DNA from: Bacteroidales bacterium
GTDB taxonomy: Bacteria > Bacteroidota > Bacteroidia > Bacteroidales > JBDKHP01
Assembly: GCA_965230435.1 (NCBI GenBank)
Contig: CBDDLB010000002.1
Span: 2,326,706-2,390,705, forward strand
Length of the DNA stretch: 64,000 nt
Direction: 5' to 3'
Translations under genes and position numbers: made by a program
Notes under the pieces: generated by a model
The model's input: only the letters and a program-made list of their open reading frames with translations
Told to the model about the DNA's origin: nothing
Database searches by the model: none
Shown: positions 1 through 7,950 of the stretch, in pieces
Layout of the letters: every line of letters starts with the position of its first letter
Numbering within the stretch: the stretch's first letter is position 1

Positions 1-289
1 GATTGTCAAACTGAACAATATCCAAATTTAACCCGCTGTCCCATTTAAAACCAATTCCATATCTCTGTTGTTCACCAATAACCATCATGGATTTATTCAA
101 TGTATTGTCACCATTTAAAGCTATTATATTACTTCTGTTACCAGTAAATAACAAATCTCCAGAGTCTATTGTTAATTTTTTACTTGGCGACGTTGTTCCA
201 ATACCTATTTCATCTCCGGTATCTGTAATTTGACTATAAGAGACTATATAAATCAGCATTACAGCAATTAAAGTAGCGATTCTTTTCAT
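1..289 (-). CDS. Secreted hypothetical protein, N-terminal part only (runs off window start)
   Basis: ATG at 289-287 on the minus strand. Hydrophobic leader MKRIATLIAVMLIYIVS, and the frame stays open to position 1. Contains an IGIGTTSPSKKL motif. Absent from the ORF track because it is truncated. Confidence 0.45.
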   Translation of the reverse strand, partial: MKRIATLIAVMLIYIVSYSQITDTGDEIGIGTTSPSKKLTIDSGDLLFTGNRSNIIALNGDNTLNKSMMVIGEQQRYGIGFKWDSGLNLDIVQFDN

Positions 290-748
290 ATTTCCTTATT
301 TATATTATTTGAACAAGTTTGGCAGCTGTATCACCACCGTTGAAATTTAGTAGCCGTAGGAGAGACCAAAGTTTAAAAAATAACTATCTAGCAAGATGGA
401 AAAACAGGTGCGGTTAGCGAGTTGTATCTAAACTGATAAATACCTTTGAGATTTTAAAATATTGAGTTTATTCTTTCAAATAAAAAGAACGAAAATAGGT
501 AGCTTTTCAATTAATAGTCAAGCAATATATCTAAGTTTAGTATCCTGCAACAGCCTTTCACACCTTGCCATAATTTTTGAGTTTACCTCTATACTTCAAC
601 CACCACAGTCACAGTATACTCAACTCAAATTACCTTAATGGGAAAGAGATGCCGTTAGCAACAAACTTTTACTAAAAAGCATTGGAAATCAGCATATAAG
701 ATAATACGATTAGTTATGAGGTGCATTTTTACAAGAAGTAGCGGTTGA

Positions 749-784
749 CATTCTTACGCTTTGGAGTTTTTAAGCGTAAGAATG
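749..784 (-). terminator. 13-bp perfect-stem hairpin just downstream of CDS 800..1324
   Basis: cattcttacgctt (749-761) pairs with aagcgtaagaatg (772-784) around a 10-nt loop. It lies 16 nt after the stop codon. The U-run is weak. Confidence 0.4.
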
Positions 785-799
785 TTGTATTTCATGAAA

Positions 800-1324
800 T
801 TACTCGCACCAAAGACGCACCAACACAAAAGTAGTTTTATCTTTCTCGTATTCGAAATCGAAACCATCTGGGCCACAAACGTAATCGAACCATCCGCCTT
901 GTCTGTTGTCTACTGCATAAGTTCCATAACTGCAAAGCTCTTGCTCTTCTATGAAAGTAAAACCATTATCTCCTGTAGAAAGCATATAACCTTGACGCTC
1001 ATCGTATAAACTAGATTCTACTTCGCAATCTGGATCTGGAGTTCTGTAGATAGAGTAATTCCACCCTTCCTCCAATATGATGTTTTTATCACCTCTAGTT
1101 TCAGTGAAAGCAATAACAACGGCAGGTAACAGATCTTTACCGTATGCTTTTTGGGCTTTTTTTACGACTTCGTCTGGCACATCATCAAAATGATAGGTGA
1201 TTATTGGTTTTGATGTGCCTTTTTTATCTGCAATCTCTTGCTTTTCTGTTTTTAACTGTTCTTGGTTTTCACAGGCTGTAAAAAGTAATGCTGCGACTAA
1301 TGTTAAGAAGAATAAATTTTTCAT
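800..1324 (-). CDS. Hypothetical lipoprotein
   Basis: 174-aa ORF with signal peptide plus lipobox-like MKNLFFLTLVAALLFTAC. No recognisable catalytic motif. Confidence 0.6.
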   Translation of the reverse strand: MKNLFFLTLVAALLFTACENQEQLKTEKQEIADKKGTSKPIITYHFDDVPDEVVKKAQKAYGKDLLPAVVIAFTETRGDKNIILEEGWNYSIYRTPDPDCEVESSLYDERQGYMLSTGDNGFTFIEEQELCSYGTYAVDNRQGGWFDYVCGPDGFDFEYEKDKTTFVLVRLWCE

Positions 1325-1552
1325 TGGTGTTTAGTTTTAATTGTTACTAGCAGAGCGAAGGTGGGCATAAGGTTGCAGTTGTTTGTGAAATTTGCGTTAT
1401 TTCTTTCTAAAATATCATTAGGTTCATAGAAATTCATCCCTCAACAATTATGCTTCTTGGAAAGAGGAAAAGAACATCAATTTCTTAAGGAATTTCAAAA
1501 CGAAGTAACTTCAGCTTAATTTTTGCGTCATAAGGTTTAAAACTCAACTCAT

Positions 1553-2055
1553 ATGGCGCCACTAAAAACAATAGTCCCCTTAGTACTACTTCTTTTAATC
1601 CATTCTGGCTGTAAAAAAATGATTGTTCAAGAAGTGTTGGCGGTATAAAAATCTATCCTATAGTTAATTACAAAACCAATGAACCTTCTGCAATCTCTGG
1701 ATGGTATCATTCTGAATTTCAAACAAGCCAACTACATTTCTCAATCGAATTTTCTCATTATGGTGCGGGAGATTATTGTAAATATCATTGGGAAAATTAT
1801 CCTCTCGAAAATACAATTGAAATATTTTGTAACAAAGACATTATAACGAATACGGATACTATTTGTGCTGGCAAAAATTTAAAAGAATACTTTTTGATTG
1901 AAAAAAAAGAAGAAAATTTCTTCATTTCATTCTTTCTATCCGAACGCCGTGAGAAAGGAATGCAGCTAGACTCAACATACTACACTTTCAAAATAAAATT
2001 ACTGACAGATAACAATGAAGAAATGATTGATGAATGCGTAATCAAAACACATTAA
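1553..2055 (+). pseudogene. Lipoprotein gene interrupted by a frameshift in an A7 homopolymer
   Basis: ATG 1553 encodes MAPLKTIVPLVLLLLIHSGCKK, then stops at 1646-1648. The adjacent frame is open from 1615 to TAA 2053-2055 with no early start codon. One extra A in the run at 1613-1619 joins both frames. Confidence 0.55.
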
Positions 2056-2112
2056 TTTTTTTCATATTTTCTTACATTCAAAATCTACCTGAAGCAATTG
2101 CTATAGAACACC

Positions 2113-2245
2113 TTAATCAACAACAACCTTCACCCCATACTTACCACAAACCTTCCCTCCCAACAAAAAAGAAATTCTCCCCACCACCAAAACTAATCAC
2201 CTCACCACTCTTAATCGATTTTGCCCCATCAAACAAAAGGTATGT
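2113..2245 (-). pseudogene. 3' remnant of a second M43-protease-like gene
   Basis: 2138-2216 aligns by eye with 3609-3691, the last ~27 codons of CDS 3585..4853. The minus strand reads IKSGEVISFGGGENFFFVG versus VKSGEVVSFGGGENFFFVGG. A 1-nt gap breaks the frame and the rest of the gene is absent. Confidence 0.5.
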
Positions 2246-2487
2246 TAAGTAGTAAGAATTGCTTACCTATAACAGGTTACGAGCTAGAGCAGAAATATGG
2301 CGCTCATAGAACCCTAAAAGACTTCAAAGAGCTTTGGCAAACCACAAATGAAGGTGGTTCTCAAGTGACAATTAGAGAATTGACAAGGCTAAACCAAAAG
2401 TTAGCAGACTTAGGGTTTGGTAATGAGCGAATTTCTGGCTATATAGTGGCTATATCGCTCAAAAATGATGCAATATCAATTACATAA
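2242..2487 (+). CDS. Small hypothetical protein (81 aa from ATG 2242; track ORF starts at TTG 2221)
   Basis: ORF only, with no recognisable motif. Its 5' end overlaps the protease-gene remnant. Confidence 0.3.
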   Translation: MLSSKNCLPITGYELEQKYGAHRTLKDFKELWQTTNEGGSQVTIRELTRLNQKLADLGFGNERISGYIVAISLKNDAISIT

Positions 2488-2734
2488 AAACACGGTATCC
2501 TTCATACAACATGTCCGTGGTCAAGATTTTCATATTAGCCTAATCAATAAAATACTATCCTAACTACACAAAGATATACCCAAATCATGGAACAAGTTTT
2601 AAATTAGACAAGAAAACGATGTCATATATGTACCTTTTATTTCCATAAAAACATATAGTACTCTGAACTATACGCTACTCTATATCTCAGCCTATAGTTC
2701 TATTTCATATTTTATAATCTTTACACGAATCGAA

Positions 2735-3496
2735 ATGAGATTTACTTTACCTTTACTTTTCTTATTCATCAACCTAGTTTCTATTTCTCAAAACATTTCC
2801 CTTAATAGAATTAAAACCATTAATGACAACCTAAATGTAGAAAACATTATCAAATACAATGAAAGCGAAATATTTAAACAAGTCTTTCCAAACCAAAAAG
2901 GCAAAGTTAATTTCAACACCCCGCTTTCACACACTATGCCACGATCACTTTATCTAGACAGTACTTCCTTTAGAAACGAAATCACAAAGAAGCGATTAGT
3001 TTTAAGAGTCGAACCTGCTCATTCTGCAACATCTTTTAACTCTAAATCCTCGATTTATAATCATTTAAAAATAATACCAAATCAACATAGCGTCATCTTT
3101 TTCAATAATGAAAATTTAGTGCTCGGAACCCTTACCAATTTCGTATTTCCCTTCGGTTACCATGACGTCAGAAAAGATAAGCTTTCAAACAGAAAAGAAA
3201 GAATTTACATGCGTCGCCGTATTCATGCATATGAAAAAATAATCAAATACTGCCCTGAAGTTATAATGTTCAGTGTTGGTTTCGACATAAAACATCAGAC
3301 TATTCTATTTATCAAGAATGATAATATTTATGTTTACATGTGTAAAAAAAGGAAAAAATATGAACTAAACGAATATATAAAGAAGTATCTGAAACCATGC
3401 ATCATACGAAAGCTCGCCTCAAATTATTATTCATATGGCGATTATCACTATAGATTAAAAGAAATGCTCAAGTGCTCTGGAAAGTCTGACAAGTAA
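2735..3496 (+). CDS. Hypothetical secreted protein
   Basis: 253-aa ORF with N-terminal signal-like MRFTLPLLFLFINLVSISQN. Lys/Asn/Tyr-rich, no known motif. Confidence 0.5.
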   Translation: MRFTLPLLFLFINLVSISQNISLNRIKTINDNLNVENIIKYNESEIFKQVFPNQKGKVNFNTPLSHTMPRSLYLDSTSFRNEITKKRLVLRVEPAHSATSFNSKSSIYNHLKIIPNQHSVIFFNNENLVLGTLTNFVFPFGYHDVRKDKLSNRKERIYMRRRIHAYEKIIKYCPEVIMFSVGFDIKHQTILFIKNDNIYVYMCKKRKKYELNEYIKKYLKPCIIRKLASNYYSYGDYHYRLKEMLKCSGKSDK

Positions 3497-3584
3497 ATAT
3501 AAAAAGTGTTAACAATTGATTCTCTTTTTTGGGGCTATCCATCATCAATAGCATACGCAAAACTTTATTATGAAAAGATAATCT

Positions 3585-4853
3585 CTATCTAGTAATAACC
3601 TTTAAGCGATACTCACCACAAACCTTATCCCCCCCAACAAAAAAGAAATTCTCCCCACCACCAAAACTAACCACCTCACCACTCTTAACCCGTTTAGATT
3701 TATAAAAAACCTCAACATCACCAGAAATTTCAAAAGCCACCTTCCGAGACTTTTTCAACTTCAACATAAAATAATCTCTATCAATCTCAGAAGACTTACC
3801 AAGACGAACCTGATGCAAAGAACCAGAATAAGTTGTACCAATCTTTACACGCTGCGCCATTTCCTCCCGATTATCAGGCTCAGCAGCATCAGCAAGCACA
3901 GAGTTTGAGTTCACTTTCCAGTTCTTGCTCAACTTTTTCTTTTCAGCAGTATAAAGCATCACAGCCTTCTGACCTCGGGAAAAGCTAACCCGGCATTTTC
4001 GGAAACGCGGATAAGCCATTATGTTGGTAGGGTCAGGCCTGTAAGCATCACCCCATTTGTCATTAAGATGCGTTCCATTAAAATTGCAATTTTCATCCAC
4101 ATACCAGCCAATTTTCGGATCAGCTGGTGTATCGCACAATTGGTCGCCGTTAACTTCGCAGTTGCGCACCTTTTTGCCTTTGTACTTCTTCATGCGGTCG
4201 CGCTTCACTGCTTCTTGTTTCGATTTGCCCTTTTTAGAATATTTGTGCGTATGAAGTAACCCAAAGTAATGGCCAATTTCATGAGTCAATGTAGTAGTAG
4301 AAGCATGATCTCGAACAAAAACCCCCGATGTCCTTCCGTTGTAAAGTCCTTGATAACTACTTGATTTCTTTCCAAAAAGAAAAAGTTTCTTTCTCACAAT
4401 CTCATCGACCAAATGAACATTAATGGCCTTCTTATTTCTATATTTCCGTGCTACCCACAGTGCCTCTCCATCCCAGCGGATTTGCATATGCTTTTTCTTC
4501 TTCACAAAATTGATTTTCGGCAAAAGGTAATAACGAAATCCAGTGTTATTCTTCTGATTAAAATCATTCAGATTAGCAATCAACTTGCTCATCATCTTAA
4601 ACGTATAAGGCGTAGCTCCACTTCTGTCGGTGTAAACCCAAAACTGTACAGGAATCTGATAATATACCTTATCCTTCTCTTTGTAGTCGATCGACGTCAA
4701 ATACTTCTCTAGGAAAGCACCATTGCCCACCCAAGGATGTTTTTTTGATGAAGAACTATGGTTCTCACGCACACCACAACCATCGGCATTATTTTGGGCT
4801 ATTGACAAAAAAGGTAACAGGAGGCCAAGTAAAAAAAGGGATAGCTTCGACAT
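3585..4853 (-). CDS. Zinc metalloprotease, M43 (pappalysin/cytophagalysin-like) family with C-terminal beta-rich domain
   Basis: HEIGHYFGLLH fits the metzincin motif HExxHxxGxxH, and CDTPADP lies downstream. The signal peptide MSKLSLFLLGLLLPFLSIAQ begins at the internal Met (ATG 4853), so the track start at 4949 was rejected. Confidence 0.8.
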   Translation of the reverse strand: MSKLSLFLLGLLLPFLSIAQNNADGCGVRENHSSSSKKHPWVGNGAFLEKYLTSIDYKEKDKVYYQIPVQFWVYTDRSGATPYTFKMMSKLIANLNDFNQKNNTGFRYYLLPKINFVKKKKHMQIRWDGEALWVARKYRNKKAINVHLVDEIVRKKLFLFGKKSSSYQGLYNGRTSGVFVRDHASTTTLTHEIGHYFGLLHTHKYSKKGKSKQEAVKRDRMKKYKGKKVRNCEVNGDQLCDTPADPKIGWYVDENCNFNGTHLNDKWGDAYRPDPTNIMAYPRFRKCRVSFSRGQKAVMLYTAEKKKLSKNWKVNSNSVLADAAEPDNREEMAQRVKIGTTYSGSLHQVRLGKSSEIDRDYFMLKLKKSRKVAFEISGDVEVFYKSKRVKSGEVVSFGGGENFFFVGGDKVCGEYRLKVITR

Positions 4854-5070
4854 TTTCTCAGTGTGTTGGTTGGTCAATACATTTACAAGAAAAAAACGCG
4901 CTTTGTTACAAAGTAACGAATAAAGCGCGACTAATTCCAGTATGTGCAATAATTGAATAATCGAATTGTAGAATAATTGAATCCCTCAACCAACAAACTA
5001 AGCAAAGCGCAAATAATAACTTCAGCTCTCTGAATTAAAAACAACTATCCATCAAATAATTTATAATTCC

Positions 5071-7194
5071 CTACCCCAAATCCTTCAAAGAAAGCTGAAT
5101 CCGCTTACGCTCAATATCAACACCAATAACCTTCACTTTCAAATGCTGATGAAGCTTCACCACCTCCGTAGGATCGCTCACATAGCCATCCTTCAACTGA
5201 GAAACATGGATCAACCCATTCTGCTTAAGGCCAATATCAACAAAAGCCCCAAAATTGGTAACGTTCGTCACAATCCCAGGCACAATCATGCCTTCGCGCA
5301 GATCCTCTATCGACTTCAAGCTCTGATCAAACTCCAGCACTTTCACCTTCTCGCGAGGATCGCGGCCAGGTTTCTCCAGCTCCTTCATAATATCCTGCAA
5401 CGTAGGCAAACCGAATTGCTCCGAAACATACTGGTTCAAGTCGATCTGTTCTCGTTTGCTTTTATCAGCAATCAACTGCTCCACAGTAAGGCCATTATCC
5501 GAAGCCATTTTCTTCACAAGCAGATAAGCCTCTGGGTGAACCGCTGTATAATCAAGCGGGTTCTTCGCCCCACGGATACGTAAGAAACCTGCAGACTGTT
5601 CAAAAGCCTTAGCACCCATTCGCGGAACTTTCATCAGTTCCTTTCTACTTCCAAAAGCACCATTTTCCGAACGGTAATCCACAATATTCTGAGCCAGTTG
5701 AGGCCCAAGACCAGAAACATAAGTCAAAAGGTGTTTACTCGCAGTGTTCAGTTCCACCCCCACTTTGTTCACACAGCTTTCCACAACAAAATCAAGGCTT
5801 TTCTTCAAAGACTTCTGATCAACATCGTGCTGATACTGCCCCACACCCAACGACTTCGGTTCAATTTTCACAAGCTCTGCCAGCGGATCCATCAAGCGGC
5901 GGCCAATAGAAACCGCCCCCCTAACAGTAACATCGAACTGAGGAAACTCCTCACGCGCCACCTTCGAAGCCGAATAAATCGACGCCCCGGCCTCGCTCAC
6001 CACAAAAATCTGAATTTCCCTATCGTAGCGCAGATTCCTCGCAAACTCTTCCGTCTCGCGGCTCGCAGTTCCATTACCAATCGAGATAGCCTCTATTTTG
6101 TACATATCCACCAACGAGGTAAGTTTCTTCGCAGCCATTTTCCTATCGCTACGTGGTGGATGCGGATAGATAGTTTCATTATGTAGTAAATCGCCCTTTT
6201 CATCAAGACAAACCACCTTACAGCCCGTACGATAACCCGGATCGATAGCCAAAATCCGTTTACCACCAAGCGGCGCACTCAACAAAAGCTGACGAAGATT
6301 TTCAGCAAAAACATCAATCGCCTTTTGGTCAGCACCAGTTTTCGAAAGACCACTAAATTCAGTTTCAATAGCAGGCTGAAGAAGACGTTTATAAGAATCC
6401 TCCACAGCAAGCGCCACCTGCTTTCCCGTTGCGTTCGATGTCTTCACAAACAAACGGTCTAACTTCTCCAGAGCATGACCGCCCTCAGGAGCAATCCCAA
6501 CACGCAAAAAGCCTTCCTTCTCACCACGGCGCATCGCCAAAAGCCTGTGCGAAGCCACCCGACTAAGCTTCTCGCTGAAATCGAAATAATCCTTATACTT
6601 CTCCCCCTCTTCTTCTTTCCCTTTTATCAGCTTACTTTTAATCAATGCATCGCGCGAAAAACTGAATCGCACCGTATTCCTCGCAACATCGTTCTCGCTC
6701 ACCCATTCCGCAATAATATCCCGTGCGCCTTGCAGAGCCTCTTCCGCATTCTCAACATCGTCGTTCAGGAAACCTTCGGCCAGCAGATCAACCTCCTCCC
6801 TGTTCTGACTCATCAACCGCTTTGCCAACGGCTCCAATCCCTTTTCTTTAGCTTTCGTAGCCCGTGTTTTCCGCTTGGGCTTATAAGGTAGGTAGAGGTC
6901 TTCAAGCTCTGTCAAAGACATCGTTTTCTCAATCTTTGCTCGCAGATCAGGCGTCAACTTACCCTGACCATCGATGCTTTCCAAAATCGACTTACGTCTT
7001 TTTTCCAGCTCATCAAGCTTATCGGCCAAACTCGCAATCTGTTCAATCTTAATTTCGTCGAGCATACCCGTGCGCTCTTTCCGATAACGGGCAATAAAAG
7101 GAATACTCGCACCTTCAGCAAAAAGTGCAAGCGTGTTTTCTACTTGGTTAAGTGATAATTGAAGTTCTTGTGCAATATATTGTGCGTGGTTCAT
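5071..7194 (-). CDS. tex: Tex-like transcription accessory protein (S1 RNA-binding domain)
   Basis: 707 aa. The N-terminus ...IPFIARYRKERTG is typical of Tex/YhgF. C-terminal S1 domain GIVTNVTNFGAFVDIGLKQNGLIHVSQL. Confidence 0.95.
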   Translation of the reverse strand: MNHAQYIAQELQLSLNQVENTLALFAEGASIPFIARYRKERTGMLDEIKIEQIASLADKLDELEKRRKSILESIDGQGKLTPDLRAKIEKTMSLTELEDLYLPYKPKRKTRATKAKEKGLEPLAKRLMSQNREEVDLLAEGFLNDDVENAEEALQGARDIIAEWVSENDVARNTVRFSFSRDALIKSKLIKGKEEEGEKYKDYFDFSEKLSRVASHRLLAMRRGEKEGFLRVGIAPEGGHALEKLDRLFVKTSNATGKQVALAVEDSYKRLLQPAIETEFSGLSKTGADQKAIDVFAENLRQLLLSAPLGGKRILAIDPGYRTGCKVVCLDEKGDLLHNETIYPHPPRSDRKMAAKKLTSLVDMYKIEAISIGNGTASRETEEFARNLRYDREIQIFVVSEAGASIYSASKVAREEFPQFDVTVRGAVSIGRRLMDPLAELVKIEPKSLGVGQYQHDVDQKSLKKSLDFVVESCVNKVGVELNTASKHLLTYVSGLGPQLAQNIVDYRSENGAFGSRKELMKVPRMGAKAFEQSAGFLRIRGAKNPLDYTAVHPEAYLLVKKMASDNGLTVEQLIADKSKREQIDLNQYVSEQFGLPTLQDIMKELEKPGRDPREKVKVLEFDQSLKSIEDLREGMIVPGIVTNVTNFGAFVDIGLKQNGLIHVSQLKDGYVSDPTEVVKLHQHLKVKVIGVDIERKRIQLSLKDLG

Positions 7195-7279
7195 CCTTCG
7201 AAACTATTTTAGATACGGTCATTCTGTCCCGCTAAAATAATAGTTTCTTAAGAATGGCACATTCGAAGTTATGAACAGG

Positions 7280-7287
7280 CAAAATTA
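7280..7287 (-). promoter_or_regulatory. Candidate Bacteroidota -7 box (TAATTTTG) upstream of tex
   Basis: Matches TAnnTTTG on the minus strand, 86 nt upstream of the tex ATG. No clear -33 TTTG partner. Confidence 0.3.
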
Positions 7288-7611
7288 TTCTTCCACAATC
7301 AAAAATATCTCCTCATTCTCCCGCTTCATCAGATACTGCTCACGGGCATAACGCTCCAAGACTTTATTATTACGCTTCAGCTCGTTCAAAAGACGGGTAT
7401 CCTCCACCACTTTCTTCTTGTAATACTCCTTAGTCTCCTGCAACTCACCCAGTTCACGGATAGCCCCGGCACGGTTCATCAGATTATTGCTATCAAGAAA
7501 AGTAATCCACAGAATAAAAATGGCAACAGCAATAGCATACTTCTGCTTTAAGATAGAACCGATAAGCTCCACCCATTTTTGCGGCAATATTTTCTCAAAC
7601 ACCTTTTTCAT
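7285..7611 (-). CDS. Septum formation initiator (FtsB/DivIC-like) protein
   Basis: Single TM (AIAVAIFILWITFL) followed by a coiled coil, and an ...EQYLMKRENEEIF ending typical of the family. ATG at 7611; the track start at 7620 is GTG. Confidence 0.75.
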   Translation of the reverse strand: MKKVFEKILPQKWVELIGSILKQKYAIAVAIFILWITFLDSNNLMNRAGAIRELGELQETKEYYKKKVVEDTRLLNELKRNNKVLERYAREQYLMKRENEEIFLIVEE

Positions 7612-7702
7612 AAACAACACTATTTCAAACCAAAACCTCCAGACAAAGATAAAAGCTTATCCAAAATTCAACAAAACGAATTCAGACCAATTCATTTTTA
7701 AA

Positions 7703-7881
7703 TTTTTAGGAGCACGACATCATCTCATCTACCAGCATCGTCGCGCTTTCCGCTACAAATCCTCGCCCCGTAAGCTGTTCAACATCGGCACAGCGGTCTA
7801 TTCCGCTCTCGCTCCATAGCCCGCTGCACCGTGTTTCACTAGCTTCCGCTCCTGTGGGTTTTCCGCTGCAATCGCGGCTAG
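7703..7881 (+). repeat. GC-rich ~180-bp interspersed repeat, copy A
   Basis: Aligns end to end with the reverse complement of 25412-25592, sharing blocks such as CACAGCGGTCTATTCCGC, GCTCCATAGCC, TTCACTAGC and TTTTTAGGAGCA. Much more GC-rich than the surrounding sequence. Confidence 0.7.
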
Positions 7882-7950
7882 AACCAAAACTGTAACTCTT
7901 TCCACAACAGATTCTTATACTATTATCCGTACAGGCAAAATCTTGCGTCT

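Noticed and set aside
4854-4949. Longer N-terminal extensions offered by the track for several genes (for example 4949, 34277, 41230, 42257, 47733, 54424, 56730)
   Set aside because: In each case a canonical signal peptide or a conserved family N-terminus begins at an internal ATG. The extension is non-ATG-initiated, overlaps an upstream feature, or is compositionally odd.
5143-6891. Several 138-162-aa plus-strand ORFs (5143..5583, 5698..6186, 6475..6891)
   Set aside because: All are antisense to the well-supported tex gene. Their products are basic, low-complexity and lack any motif.
7487-7819. 110-aa ORF whose C-terminus (...FNIGTAVYSALAP) looks homologous to the C-terminus of ORF 25473..25760 (...FSIATAVYSAEAP)
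   Set aside because: The similarity is confined to the shared GC-rich DNA repeat. The two ORFs have unrelated N-termini. One overlaps the ftsB-like gene and the other overlaps the cydX-like micro-ORF and its terminator. This is repeat-derived, not a protein family.
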